64,000 bases of DNA from a virus. The notes under the pieces are model-generated. The model searched no databases. It saw only the letters and a list, made by a program, of their open reading frames with translations, and was not told where the DNA came from. A program made the position numbers and the translations under genes. Positions within the stretch are counted from its first letter, which is position 1; the number at the start of each line of letters is the position of its first letter. Positions 46,223 through 57,848 of the stretch are shown here, in pieces. The stretch lies in IMG/VR virus record IMGVR_UViG_3300031656_000001; one strand, 5' to 3'.

Positions 46223-49200
46223 TTAAGACTTTATTTTTATCATAGGTTTAATGTCGTAAGAATACCCTAATCTTTTATTATATATCAATCTAAAATTCAT
46301 AGGCTTTTGCCTGTGTGATTTATATATGAAATTATTGTCTGGTGTATATTCACCATCACTTAATGACTCAATGTCAGTTACATCTACTATGCTAGATGCA
46401 GCTCCTTTAAAACTCCTTGTATATAAAGATATAGAATTCACTACAAATTGTTCAATAATATTTTTATTTATATAAAAGTCAGCATCATCAGAAAGCGTAG
46501 TTTTATCACCTGCTGAATTTTCTGCGTTAACGTGTTTCTGAATTCTAGCTAATACACCGTCTTCCTTTAATAACCTAATAGTAGCATCTGTGATATAAAA
46601 ATCTGCCGTAATTTGTTTATCGTCTTCAAATAACAAAACCTCTGATTTGTTTATCGAATTCTTCATGATATAATTCAATTCTTCATAATCCTCTACAATT
46701 TCATATGTAAACGATACAATACTATATTCATTTTTAATTTTCATTAATGTTGAAGCAAAGTATGATCTTTCTTCAGTATTGTCTAGCGTTCCCGGAACAC
46801 TTTCTGATTTTCCACCAGGAAATGATCTAGTATAATATCCAGAATCCCATGAAGATCTAAACACGTTAATATCTTTTTTAGCAATTGCAATTTCATCAAT
46901 TGCTGGATACAATGGAAGTTTATCAGAAGATTCAGATAATTTGGTTACACCACTTGGGTTTATTTCATTTACCTTATGATAGAAATGGTTTTTAATAACA
47001 CCCCAATTCTTATCATGTAAGCCACCGTCCTGTATAAATCCTAAATTAAACGTAGTTCCACATCTATTATATCTTTCATAATATGATTTAGCAGTAGTTA
47101 ATTCATAACTGTCAGACAATGAATGTTTGTAAAGTTTAGACTCTAATCCCATTTCCCTGTTATCTGCGCTCGCTTGAATTCTATTAGATTTGAAATGAGT
47201 GTACATATCAGTAAATGTAATTACTGGTTTAAAATCAACAGTATATGATCCATTGTGTCTTATTAAAAATGGATAATATGAAGTATCTTTTGATGAAACC
47301 AAATCATATCCAATAATACCCTTGGATAATTTATGGCTTTTCGGTTTATTGTTATCTTCTTCTATTGAAAGAGTAGCTTGTTTGATTATTTCATTTCCAT
47401 CCTCAAAGTTGATCGTAAATCTGTTATTATTTACTGTACCGTCCTCTTCTATTGATGTATATGTAATACGGTCATCATCTTTGTTAATTATGTCTGCAAC
47501 CTCATTAATAGAAAGTTTTTCCAGTACGTTTTTGTATATGTCAATTCCACCACCTACATAATAATATTTAATATTACTTTGTAATAAATTAGGTAAATAA
47601 GAGATATCTAAGAAGTCAGTATCATCAATAACATTCACTGGTCTATTTCTAATAGTAATCACATTATCGCTTTCAATAGATGCTATTGAAATTTTGTACA
47701 TTTTATTACCAGACTCATTAGGGTAAATATCCATTAATATGTCTCCGTATAAGCCATTTTCACCTCTGAGTATTTGATTGTTGAAATCAGGAATAGATCC
47801 ATCAAAGTTATTAATACCTTCGATTGTATAAGGTGAACCTCCAGTTAAATCAGCAGTGTTCCACTTCAATGCTCCGTCAATTGCTGTATTTGCATATACA
47901 TAATCGCCAATTGTTTGATCATATATAATTTTATGATTTAATTCATATAATAATTTTCTATTCATATTACCATCTATCCAATAATCACTTAAGTTTAGAT
48001 TAATAAAGAATATTACAAATTTGAATTTCTTATTTTGAATAACTTCAAATTCTATGTCGTTTTTATTATTATCTGTGTTTGTTTTTAATAAAATACTAAA
48101 TTTGTATCCGTTAAATTCACTGTTTTTTACAAAATCTACAGCAGTCTTATTAATAAATTCTTTCCTGTTTTTTAATACAACTTTCAAACCTTTAAAAATA
48201 GTACTAGCAAAAGATCCGCTAGCTCCGCCGTCAATTGTGGTGTATTTCTTTTTTAAATTAGTTTTGAAGAATGTATTATTAATATCTTCAGTATTTAAAT
48301 AACCGCTGTCATATTCTCCAAACAATGTAGATATACTTGATGTATCTGCTTCACTTAAGTTTTTCTCAAAACCTTCAGTGATCATGAACTTGTCAAAGTA
48401 ATCATTATTAGTACTTTTAAATAAGTTAGCAGTTAAATCAAAGTCTTCCATGAAATTAACATAAGAGAAAGTGTCGTTTAAATTGTCGTATTTTAAATAC
48501 TTTGGTTTTTTGTCCATATAAAACCATTCATGTGTCATATCATCCTTACTACGACCGGTTGCTGTTAAATCTGGTGAAAAATTAGTTCTACCAAAAGCTT
48601 CGTTTGTATTTAAATAATAAGGTTGATCTCTAACTGTTAATGAATCTTTTAAAACCCATTTATTAATATTGGGTACTATTCTAGAATTAATAGCAAATTC
48701 CTTTAATTGATTTTCTTTTAATCTATCAAATTCACTCGTGATAATTTCAGTAGATTCCTCATATACAGATTCCTCTGTTAAAATTCCAGAAAGATTCGAA
48801 AAGTAATTTATAGGCGCCATGTTATAATTATCGTTAAATATATTATTCGCTGATAATTCCGATCCAGGCATATCAAGGTGTTCCTCAATGTTCTGTATTG
48901 CATGATCATATGGTGCGTACGCTATATTACTTGTGGTTTCTAAACTAAGTTCTTTTAAATCAGAATTAGATGTATCATAAAAATCAAAGTTCATGTCGTA
49001 TACGTCATACGCAGAAAATAATCCTATCCTAACAACATCTTGATTAAATACTCTTGCTTCTCCGCTTTCAGAATCTGATTTTGATTCCAATATTAATTTA
49101 GATTTGGTAGAATCAAAAGATCTAACATCTTCCACTATATCTAATACCTTATTGTATTTTCCCTTATGTCTTGTTTCTAAATAATCTCCGATCGATATTT

Positions 49201-52200
49201 CACTAACCGTTGTGTTATCAACATATACTGATTTAGATGTAGAATTACCACCATTTAAATAATGTGCAGACCAATTAGAAAGTACCGTATTATTACCGTT
49301 AAATTGTTCTCTTAATTTTAAAATATTACCAGTATCGTGATTACCAACTCTTATGAAATCCACAACATTTGATTTATTAACTAAAACAGTATGTTGTAAT
49401 AATCTATAACCTGGTATTTTTGTTTTAATATAAATATTTTGGCCAGAATTAACTGCATCTAATTCGCTATCATCCATGTGTATTGCTGAAGCCAACGCCA
49501 ATGTAATATCGCTGACACTACCTTGATTAGAAAATAAATTACCTTGATACGTTCCCTTGTCTAATGCATATGAAGCAACATACGTTCTATTTTGAATTTT
49601 AATGTTTGATTGTATTTGATCAACTCTTATAATAGAACTTATTGCACTTGAGATATACATATTTAAATCTCCTAAGTTTGTTTGACTTTCAGTTATAACA
49701 AATGATTTCGTTGCATCGTCTACTGTTAAATCTAGGTACTTGTTTAAATCAGGTAATAATGCCCATGCATTTAGTATACTTGTTTTTGTATCATTTAAAG
49801 AGTTGTTTTCAAATAATATACCCGTGTTAAAAGAGAATTGCTTTAATCCAGTTGAATCTTCTAAGTTAATTGTAATACTTTCACCCGCAATATGTTTAAT
49901 AAATGTAAATTTATAAGCTTCTTCTCTAGAACCAACTACCGCTATTTTATCTCCGGTTTCAGGTGTATCTGTAATTGACATTTTAACAAAATCGTAACCT
50001 CTCTCATCATTCTTTGTTAGGTTAATTGATCTACCAGTGTGCGATATACCAATGCTACTATGTATAACACCAGTACTATCATCTATTTTAACTTCTAGCT
50101 GTTCAGGATCATAAAGACCTATCTTAGAAGGATTAGATATTTTATAATATATTTTATTTACACAAACATAACCAAGTGTAGGTGAAGTTTGCATCTGTTT
50201 ATATGATGGTATTGCAGTTACTGGTTTATCAACATCTACAAGAGATTTGACTTTATTAAACTTAATAACATTATTACTAATAGACTCTATTTCACCATTA
50301 CCTGAATCGATTGTGTCGACATATAATCCAAAGTACCTATTGACACTATAATCAACTGAACTGTCATCATCAAACAAAAATTCTAAGTTTAATAAATTAG
50401 CACATATCATCTTGTTTCGTTTAAATCCGTCTGTGATAAAATCGTTTGCCTCAATAAGAGGTTTATCTGTACGTACAAAATCATTGTGAATATATTCACC
50501 TTTGCTTGTTATTTCACCTGACTTGATATCGATTCCATTATAATTAGTCATCTCACCCTTATCAAAAGAGACAGTGATTGGTGATTTTGGAAATGTTTCT
50601 TGTTGTACATGATTTCTAATATATGTACCTATATTTGATGTACTTGTTAAATCAAACGATTTAACAATCTCTGCATTTTCAAGCATATCTTGAATCACAT
50701 TTGCATTATTCTCATCTACTGCGTCGATATTTATACCTATTGGATTTTTAACTTTAAATATAACAAAATTACTAGGTATATTATCATCTGCCCATATTGG
50801 CGCAAACATTCTATATTTTTCTGTATAATTCTTAGAATGATTATAAGTAGTACCATATTGATACTCTTCTTCTATTTGTTTATCATATGAGTCCAATACA
50901 TTTAAATCAGATTCTGCTCTTTTCGTTGCGAAAATTAATGCAGCAGGAGTTCCTTTTGATTTAAAGAAATTAGACACGTCAGATGCATAGTTACCATTAG
51001 GATTAATTACATTCTTTTTATATTTTATACTAGCGAGATCTTTAGAAGCATTTATACTTTCTAAATAAACCGAATCATCAGAACTTGTAACAATTTTAAT
51101 GTTACCAGATAATTTAGGATTTGTTCTTAATAATGGTTTGGTTACATTATCTAACTTGTAATTAGATTGCGTATTGAAATTAGGACCTACTTTAACAGTA
51201 TCATATCCACTTACTAATGGAAATGTATATGTTGATGTAATTGTTGCAGTATCACCCACAATACATGGGCTTAAATCTGTATTATTATAAATATTAACAA
51301 CTGATTCACTAGATATTCCTATTTCTATTCCACTTGAAACAACAGGTCGTTGCTGTGATGTTATTCCAGTATTTTTTAATAAAAGAATAGCAGTATCCAT
51401 ATCTTCTGCAATGATCTTCACTGCGTATTCCAAACAGCTATCGAAGCTCGTAGTCTTTATTATTTTACCAAACGATATATCAGTAATGAATGTTTCTATA
51501 TGACTACCAGCATCACCCCCTTGATTGGTGTGCAATCCGTCTATTACATATATTGGCCAGAATACTGTTTCATTATTATTACTATTGTCAGGTCCCTCTA
51601 TTTCTGGGTTACTAGAATAAAATCCGTAAAAAACATTCATGTCATTTATGCCACTTCCCTCAATTAAGTTTACAGGTATACTTGGTTTATTATAATTACT
51701 ACATGTTCCACTATGCGTTATATTGATACCCGATGCTAGTAAATTATTATTATCATATCCATACCATTTTACATTAACATTATCTCCTGAATTTTCCCAT
51801 GTAAAGAATCCATTTCCATCAGAAAATATATTTGATTCAAACAAATCATCAGCATCTTCAATTTCAGCACCAATCTCAGATTTGTAAATTAAAACATTGG
51901 ACTTAGCTAGCTCAATTAGCGTTGATATTACACCTGTATTCTTAAGTACTCTGTAGAATAAATTAGTATTTGTTTTTGTAGCTGCACAATATTGATTTAT
52001 ATTAGGATCTGATACGGTAGAAGTTTCAATTGAATTCATAGATTCCACATCATACAGTAATGTTTCTTCACATTCCCATGTCAATAATGGTGGATTCTGA
52101 TTTGAATCCGATTCTACCCAATCATTTGTAGTTGATCTCTTGTAATGAACATTATTTGTATTATCAGTTTCGCTGTATATTCCACTAGCAATAGTTCCTA

Positions 52201-54058
52201 TTAAAAGAGTATCACCCGTTGAATTATTAGCAACATTACTGGCATATAAATTTGAATAATATTCGCTACTAAATACAGGAATATTATTTGTAACCAGTTC
52301 GTTTAATGTAAGTATATTAGTAACACCAGATGGTAGATCGTACCATATTTTCATGTTATTAAATTCACCATCACACTGTGATAATGTTGAATCTGCATAA
52401 TTAACCCATCTATATGTCGGATTTGTAACAATACCACATTCTATGATTTGCGTAATTAAACCAGTTGTACTTATTTTTAAGATTCTGGTACCGCTTGTAT
52501 CTGATACTGGAATAAATATGTCTGTACCGCCTGTAGTTAACGGATTTGTTAATATGTTATTTAAATTGCTACTATAAATTAAACTACCTATTGCTAATTG
52601 ACTAACATTATTTTCGCCGTTTAATGTACTAGCATATGCTATGCTGTTTCTGTTTGCGACGCACATTACACTTGAATCATTTCCGAATGAACCAATCTGC
52701 ATTTCAAACGAAGGTGATTGAGCTATGTCAAATTTGATATTGAATTGCGCAGTTACACCATTCATCGCATCTGTTCCTATAAATTTCCAATTATCTTCCC
52801 CGAAATGTCCAGTGTTTGGTGAATATGTAATTGATTGAGTCGATATAATACCGCCATTATATGTTTTGTGTAATAATTGTCCAAACGATATGATACCATC
52901 GCTGACAGCAGTTGAAGTACTAAATGTTACATTAGTACTGTCTGTTGCAGAAATATCAAATGTTACGGTACCGTCCTGTGAAACACTTTGATTGCTTGCT
53001 GTGATTACAGGTACAGGATTAGTTATTGTTACTGTTCTTGTTTTAGTTACCGCTGAGTTTCCTGCAGCGTCGCTGACATTATACGTAATAATATATTCGT
53101 CCGGAATGCTTGTGTTTACTGGGTTTACTGTTACAATAGTTCCAGTAATATCTACACCAGTATTGTCTGTTGCGGTTGCACCTGCATCTGCATAGACAGC
53201 ACCTAGTTCTAAAGAAACAGGATCAGTTCCTAATAATAAAATTACAGGCAGAGAAGCTGTTGTTATAATCACACTACGCGTAACTTCTATTGCGTCAATT
53301 CCGTCTGCGTTTACATTATATGTAATTACATATGTACCAACTGCAGTTAAATCAACTGGGTTTACAGTTACTATTGTTGATGTGATATCAATGCCGTTAC
53401 CATCAGTTGCAGTTGCACCTGCATCGGCATATGTCATGCCAAGTTCAAAAGAAACCGGATCAGTACCTGACAATAAAATCACTGGCGCTGCAGTAGTAGT
53501 TACTGAAAGTAATGCAGCAATTGATGTATTATTAGCTTGATCTTTTGCGACTATATTAAATGCGTATAGTTGCCCCGGATTTAATCCAGTAATACTAACA
53601 GTCGGTGAACTTGTAGCAATCACATTTACAGTGGTAGTACCATATGTGATGTCATATGAAACAACTGCTACATTATCAGAACTTACGTCCCATGAAATGT
53701 CCACTGAAGTTGATGTGTGTGTTTCTGTTAAATTATTAGGTGTACTAGGTATTGTGATATCGGTGTATATGCTAATCACCTCGCCTATGTTTGTAGTTGC
53801 GTTTGTGTTTATTCCAATAGCTGAATCAGGTGATCCTGTACTAAAGAAATATTCAAGATGCTGTCCAATTGTCGTTGATGTTGGGCTATATAAATTGCTG
53901 AATGTGTCATCTGTGTATAATACAGTACCTACCACGAAAGTAGCAGTAACGGTATCGTCATAGTATAAAACTAGGTCAGCTGAACCACTTAGTGATCCAC
54001 CTTGTAGCGCAAGTATTGCACTTGTAAATTGTTCTGATTTTATTGTTATATATGCCAT
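46223..54058 (-). CDS. Giant (2611 aa) virion protein with N-terminal FN3 and tandem Ig-like (DUF5011-like) domains
   Basis: P..L....T.TS..ISW..S.DNV.V..Y (FN3); two PVI.L.G..P...E.G..Y.DAGATATD repeats; large unknown C-terminal region. Confidence 0.7.
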   Translation of the reverse strand: MAYITIKSEQFTSAILALQGGSLSGSADLVLYYDDTVTATFVVGTVLYTDDTFSNLYSPTSTTIGQHLEYFFSTGSPDSAIGINTNATTNIGEVISIYTDITIPSTPNNLTETHTSTSVDISWDVSSDNVAVVSYDITYGTTTVNVIATSSPTVSITGLNPGQLYAFNIVAKDQANNTSIAALLSVTTTAAPVILLSGTDPVSFELGMTYADAGATATDGNGIDITSTIVTVNPVDLTAVGTYVITYNVNADGIDAIEVTRSVIITTASLPVILLLGTDPVSLELGAVYADAGATATDNTGVDITGTIVTVNPVNTSIPDEYIITYNVSDAAGNSAVTKTRTVTITNPVPVITASNQSVSQDGTVTFDISATDSTNVTFSTSTAVSDGIISFGQLLHKTYNGGIISTQSITYSPNTGHFGEDNWKFIGTDAMNGVTAQFNIKFDIAQSPSFEMQIGSFGNDSSVMCVANRNSIAYASTLNGENNVSQLAIGSLIYSSNLNNILTNPLTTGGTDIFIPVSDTSGTRILKISTTGLITQIIECGIVTNPTYRWVNYADSTLSQCDGEFNNMKIWYDLPSGVTNILTLNELVTNNIPVFSSEYYSNLYASNVANNSTGDTLLIGTIASGIYSETDNTNNVHYKRSTTNDWVESDSNQNPPLLTWECEETLLYDVESMNSIETSTVSDPNINQYCAATKTNTNLFYRVLKNTGVISTLIELAKSNVLIYKSEIGAEIEDADDLFESNIFSDGNGFFTWENSGDNVNVKWYGYDNNNLLASGINITHSGTCSNYNKPSIPVNLIEGSGINDMNVFYGFYSSNPEIEGPDNSNNNETVFWPIYVIDGLHTNQGGDAGSHIETFITDISFGKIIKTTSFDSCLEYAVKIIAEDMDTAILLLKNTGITSQQRPVVSSGIEIGISSESVVNIYNNTDLSPCIVGDTATITSTYTFPLVSGYDTVKVGPNFNTQSNYKLDNVTKPLLRTNPKLSGNIKIVTSSDDSVYLESINASKDLASIKYKKNVINPNGNYASDVSNFFKSKGTPAALIFATKRAESDLNVLDSYDKQIEEEYQYGTTYNHSKNYTEKYRMFAPIWADDNIPSNFVIFKVKNPIGINIDAVDENNANVIQDMLENAEIVKSFDLTSTSNIGTYIRNHVQQETFPKSPITVSFDKGEMTNYNGIDIKSGEITSKGEYIHNDFVRTDKPLIEANDFITDGFKRNKMICANLLNLEFLFDDDSSVDYSVNRYFGLYVDTIDSGNGEIESISNNVIKFNKVKSLVDVDKPVTAIPSYKQMQTSPTLGYVCVNKIYYKISNPSKIGLYDPEQLEVKIDDSTGVIHSSIGISHTGRSINLTKNDERGYDFVKMSITDTPETGDKIAVVGSREEAYKFTFIKHIAGESITINLEDSTGLKQFSFNTGILFENNSLNDTKTSILNAWALLPDLNKYLDLTVDDATKSFVITESQTNLGDLNMYISSAISSIIRVDQIQSNIKIQNRTYVASYALDKGTYQGNLFSNQGSVSDITLALASAIHMDDSELDAVNSGQNIYIKTKIPGYRLLQHTVLVNKSNVVDFIRVGNHDTGNILKLREQFNGNNTVLSNWSAHYLNGGNSTSKSVYVDNTTVSEISIGDYLETRHKGKYNKVLDIVEDVRSFDSTKSKLILESKSDSESGEARVFNQDVVRIGLFSAYDVYDMNFDFYDTSNSDLKELSLETTSNIAYAPYDHAIQNIEEHLDMPGSELSANNIFNDNYNMAPINYFSNLSGILTEESVYEESTEIITSEFDRLKENQLKEFAINSRIVPNINKWVLKDSLTVRDQPYYLNTNEAFGRTNFSPDLTATGRSKDDMTHEWFYMDKKPKYLKYDNLNDTFSYVNFMEDFDLTANLFKSTNNDYFDKFMITEGFEKNLSEADTSSISTLFGEYDSGYLNTEDINNTFFKTNLKKKYTTIDGGASGSFASTIFKGLKVVLKNRKEFINKTAVDFVKNSEFNGYKFSILLKTNTDNNKNDIEFEVIQNKKFKFVIFFINLNLSDYWIDGNMNRKLLYELNHKIIYDQTIGDYVYANTAIDGALKWNTADLTGGSPYTIEGINNFDGSIPDFNNQILRGENGLYGDILMDIYPNESGNKMYKISIASIESDNVITIRNRPVNVIDDTDFLDISYLPNLLQSNIKYYYVGGGIDIYKNVLEKLSINEVADIINKDDDRITYTSIEEDGTVNNNRFTINFEDGNEIIKQATLSIEEDNNKPKSHKLSKGIIGYDLVSSKDTSYYPFLIRHNGSYTVDFKPVITFTDMYTHFKSNRIQASADNREMGLESKLYKHSLSDSYELTTAKSYYERYNRCGTTFNLGFIQDGGLHDKNWGVIKNHFYHKVNEINPSGVTKLSESSDKLPLYPAIDEIAIAKKDINVFRSSWDSGYYTRSFPGGKSESVPGTLDNTEERSYFASTLMKIKNEYSIVSFTYEIVEDYEELNYIMKNSINKSEVLLFEDDKQITADFYITDATIRLLKEDGVLARIQKHVNAENSAGDKTTLSDDADFYINKNIIEQFVVNSISLYTRSFKGAASSIVDVTDIESLSDGEYTPDNNFIYKSHRQKPMNFRLIYNKRLGYSYDIKPMIKIKS

Positions 54059-54112
54059 TAATCTAAATCTTTTTATATGTACAGGCCTTCTGTCTGTATT
54101 ATATATCCAGAT

Positions 54113-57100
54113 TTATTGCACGCTCATCCTAGTCAACTTCGCAGCTCTGATAGAGTTTAGGTTTTTACCTAGTGGACTGTATTTTGCAAACACTTCTAAA
54201 TCGAATGAAAACTGTTGATCATGTTTATCAAATATATCTAAACCTATTTTTTTGGTATATGTTAAGTTAGGGAATCTTAGTTTAGCTTGACCTCCAATTC
54301 TACCAATATCACTAGATGCATCATTACCAAAGTAATCAGTCATTCTGTATTGAAATATAATATCAACTGAAACTGCATTAGAATTAGCAAGAGTTCCAAC
54401 CTTTGCTTTAATTTGCTTTCTACTTTGTTTAGCATCACCAGCAACTCTTAATGTATTTAAATTAATTGGAGATAAGAATAAGAATGCTCCACATGAACGA
54501 CCACCTAGCATGTATTGATCGTTTGCATCGAATGACATCTTAAATGTTCTATCACCTGCGTTAATTAAACCACTTGTTTTTTGAAATGCTAATTGTTTGG
54601 TTGCTTTAACAGAATCAACTGGTGATGTTGCAAAAGATGCACCAATACTAGAATATCTACCACTGTATATGAATGATGTACCCGTTGCATATGTAGATGT
54701 AATAGGCATTGTATATAATGCATTATTGACAAGTGTTTTAACATGTTCTTGTTGTTCAGTTACTGTAACACTGCTGTCGTTTACAGATCCGTCTTCTTTG
54801 AAATCTATATACAAGTGCTCTAAATCTGGATGATGTTTGTGCATATATAATCCATTATTGTAGTTCGAAATTCCAACAATTGAAGTACTTGTTACATCGA
54901 CAGTAGATTGAGAAAATACAGAACTTATATTAGCGTTGGCATTATTAGCAAGATTGTTTCTACCAAATGTTCCTGTCCATATAAAATCAGCTGAATCTCC
55001 GTCACCTGTTGGTGTTATTAATGTAATTGTGTCCACTGTTTGAAAATCAGCATAACTAAGAGCGTACTCGTAATTAGTAAATTCGCTAGTGTTTGCAGAT
55101 AATAGTGATTCAGTTACATATAATGGATTTTGATTAGATACATCCATGAATCTAGAGTAAACAAATTGTCCACGTCTCTGTGCAGATTGATATGGTGCTT
55201 CAGCTAACATGTCATATGACGATAAAGATGTACCATCAATGTTTTGATATTGTATTGGAGCTAAATCATATTTACCTTCAGATGTATAATAATTATCAGA
55301 ACTGATTTTAACATCAGTATCTTTAATACCATTATCATTGTCAATTACACCAAATCCGTTATCACCAATTACAGAACCAGCCGCGCTAGATCTATATGCT
55401 GGTAAATTTCTATCACCAACCAATCTAGAAATTAATTCTAATTTAGTAGCTTTAGTGTTTTCCAATAATAATTTAAATGTCTTAGTAACAATATGACCTT
55501 TCTTGACAGTTAAACTGGCAACTTCGTCAGTATAATAACCTGCGAATATTTGATTCTTAGTTCCGTTATTTATAACAGTAACTGTACCGTCTTCATCCAT
55601 TACTTTAACAACTAATTCTCCTATTTCAACTTCAACTGCATCTTTAAGTCCAGCGATCTGCGCTTCTAATTGTGCGATCTTATCGTATACTGAAATTGGT
55701 TTTTGTTCAGCAGATAGAAATCCCGATGCAATGCCCGTAGCTGTATGTGCATAATATTTCTCATTTGCACTAAATGAATCGCTAATATGATTATATACAC
55801 CTCTTGACGTAAGTTGTTCTGCAATTTTAACAGCTGCAGTTTCAGCAGCGTTAACTAATAATAAAGCATCTACATTAGTAGTATCGATCTCAGTAATTGG
55901 GAAATCAATTGTAATTGATTTTGACCAATCTGAATATATTGGGTTTGCCGGATAACCAGCTTCTGAAACAGATTTCACTCTAATTTCCACTAGTTCACCT
56001 TCATTGATTGAAAGATCTAATTGATTGAAGTTAACTGCCTGTGCATCTTCTACTAAACTAGCTTGCCATTCAAATTTTCTTGTTTTTGCATTTCTAAATC
56101 TGTCTCTAGATTTAGTTTTTTGTTCGTTCCAGTTTGAGAATACTGCTGTTTTCTCTCTTGTACCTTCAGTGAATGGCAGTTGAGTAACTTCACTTGCCTT
56201 TCCACTGGTTGACAAATATCTGTATTGTATAATAAATTGAACAACATGTTGCTCAACCGTGTTTGCAAGTTTCTTAGGAGTTGGTACTTGCCAAAAACCT
56301 CTAACTCTGTATTTAGGTGAAATAGCAGTTGCATTAGTTCCTGCAGCAAGCGATTGAATTTGATTTACAATACTTGTATATAAACTAGTTTCGCTTGTTC
56401 TCTCCGTGATAAGAGAATTTAATTCATTTTTATCTACATCCTTTTGAATAACAGATTCATATTTCTTGGTAGAAATACTCTCTCGTGTATTAGATATAGT
56501 TTCATCTAACTTTTTAATCTTCTCTTCTACATTAACTTTATCAGCAGATAATTTCTTGATCTTATCAGCACTATCATTAATAGTTAGGTGTGAATTGATT
56601 TGTACTACCGCAAAGTTATTAGAGTTAATTGTTGGAGCATCAGGAGTGATACCCTCTGTTGCTGGTGGTATAGAATCTTCCTTAAGTGCTTTGATATATT
56701 TACCAAAATCTGCAACTTCAGAATTATAATAATCATCTAATCTTTTTATAGCACCGTCAGCCTGTATAAGTGTTAATTCATTTGTATATAAGCCGATACC
56801 AGGTGACCAGTTTTCTGCTAATATTTTAGAATCAGGATCTATTGCTTTAACAAAAACTAAAACTCTCTCGTTAAATCCTACATTAATGTTTACCTTTAAA
56901 TCTGCATCATCAATTTTATATATGCCAAGTTGATTAATTCCAATATTAGGTGTGATAGGTTCGTATCCTTCAACTCTTAATAGCTCTACTTGTTTTAATG
57001 AACCATTAATTGTTGTAATTTTATACCTAGTGTTATTAGAACCTCCGTTTAATATAAGCTCATCTCCAACTTGTAGTACTTCAGTCTGTTTAACGCCTTT

Positions 57101-57847
57101 AGAAGAATCGCTATATGTCAATTGATCCAATTCGTATAAATCTATAGACTGCTTAACTGTAACTTCACCCTTTACGATGTCTCTTGTCCCTGTACTGATG
57201 TTCACTACATCAAACTTACCAGTATACTGTACGTTTCTGTATGGCATGTCACGTGTGTCTTCATCCAGTGTATATGCTAATTTGTTATTAGATATTTCTT
57301 GAATTACAGTAGAATATTTTAAGTTTCCTTTATTCTTATAGTTACTATTAAAATAATCAACTGTCGTTGCATTTGAAGAATTAAACAAAATCCTTTTAAC
57401 TAAAACTCTCTCAGTATTATTTGGAATTTGTCCGCTAACATCGACGCTCATTGTAAGCAATGGGTTTAAAAAATCTTCGAAGAAATAATTAGCTTTAGTT
57501 GCAAAATTAATTGGTCTACTAAAACTAGTGATATCTTTTGCCGGAGATTTTAATCTAGATGTAATGATATTTCGATATGTACCGTCGGCTAATCTAATAT
57601 TAGTGTCGCCAGTACCTAACCCTGATAATGCTTTTAAATTTGTATCTAATCGTCCTAATTCGTTTTTCATGTAATGAAATGACGGCACAGAGACGGTTTC
57701 AGTTCCATCAGGTGTTAATATCTCAAGAGAAATATCTTGATTATTGGTAGTCATCGCCTCATTAATTCTCTCAAATATTGTTAAAGAATTTGCGTTGATT
57801 TCAAGTAGTTTCTTGAGCGAGTTAGAAATAGAGTTGTTAGTATTCAT
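54113..57847 (-). CDS. Large hypothetical virion structural protein
   Basis: 1244 aa, coiled-coil and FN3-like segments, tail/baseplate context. Confidence 0.5.
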   Translation of the reverse strand: MNTNNSISNSLKKLLEINANSLTIFERINEAMTTNNQDISLEILTPDGTETVSVPSFHYMKNELGRLDTNLKALSGLGTGDTNIRLADGTYRNIITSRLKSPAKDITSFSRPINFATKANYFFEDFLNPLLTMSVDVSGQIPNNTERVLVKRILFNSSNATTVDYFNSNYKNKGNLKYSTVIQEISNNKLAYTLDEDTRDMPYRNVQYTGKFDVVNISTGTRDIVKGEVTVKQSIDLYELDQLTYSDSSKGVKQTEVLQVGDELILNGGSNNTRYKITTINGSLKQVELLRVEGYEPITPNIGINQLGIYKIDDADLKVNINVGFNERVLVFVKAIDPDSKILAENWSPGIGLYTNELTLIQADGAIKRLDDYYNSEVADFGKYIKALKEDSIPPATEGITPDAPTINSNNFAVVQINSHLTINDSADKIKKLSADKVNVEEKIKKLDETISNTRESISTKKYESVIQKDVDKNELNSLITERTSETSLYTSIVNQIQSLAAGTNATAISPKYRVRGFWQVPTPKKLANTVEQHVVQFIIQYRYLSTSGKASEVTQLPFTEGTREKTAVFSNWNEQKTKSRDRFRNAKTRKFEWQASLVEDAQAVNFNQLDLSINEGELVEIRVKSVSEAGYPANPIYSDWSKSITIDFPITEIDTTNVDALLLVNAAETAAVKIAEQLTSRGVYNHISDSFSANEKYYAHTATGIASGFLSAEQKPISVYDKIAQLEAQIAGLKDAVEVEIGELVVKVMDEDGTVTVINNGTKNQIFAGYYTDEVASLTVKKGHIVTKTFKLLLENTKATKLELISRLVGDRNLPAYRSSAAGSVIGDNGFGVIDNDNGIKDTDVKISSDNYYTSEGKYDLAPIQYQNIDGTSLSSYDMLAEAPYQSAQRRGQFVYSRFMDVSNQNPLYVTESLLSANTSEFTNYEYALSYADFQTVDTITLITPTGDGDSADFIWTGTFGRNNLANNANANISSVFSQSTVDVTSTSIVGISNYNNGLYMHKHHPDLEHLYIDFKEDGSVNDSSVTVTEQQEHVKTLVNNALYTMPITSTYATGTSFIYSGRYSSIGASFATSPVDSVKATKQLAFQKTSGLINAGDRTFKMSFDANDQYMLGGRSCGAFLFLSPINLNTLRVAGDAKQSRKQIKAKVGTLANSNAVSVDIIFQYRMTDYFGNDASSDIGRIGGQAKLRFPNLTYTKKIGLDIFDKHDQQFSFDLEVFAKYSPLGKNLNSIRAAKLTRMSVQ

Positions 57848-57848
57848 A

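Larger units (their letters stand above)
1125..54107 (-). promoter_or_regulatory. Late promoter motif RATATATAA (about 14 copies)
   Basis: Plus-strand ttatatat(c/t)-type sites at 1125, 3892, 5004, 14911, 17675, 30063, 34885, 37164, 39327, 40476, 43932, 44529, 46278, 54099, each shortly upstream of a start codon. Confidence 0.75.
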
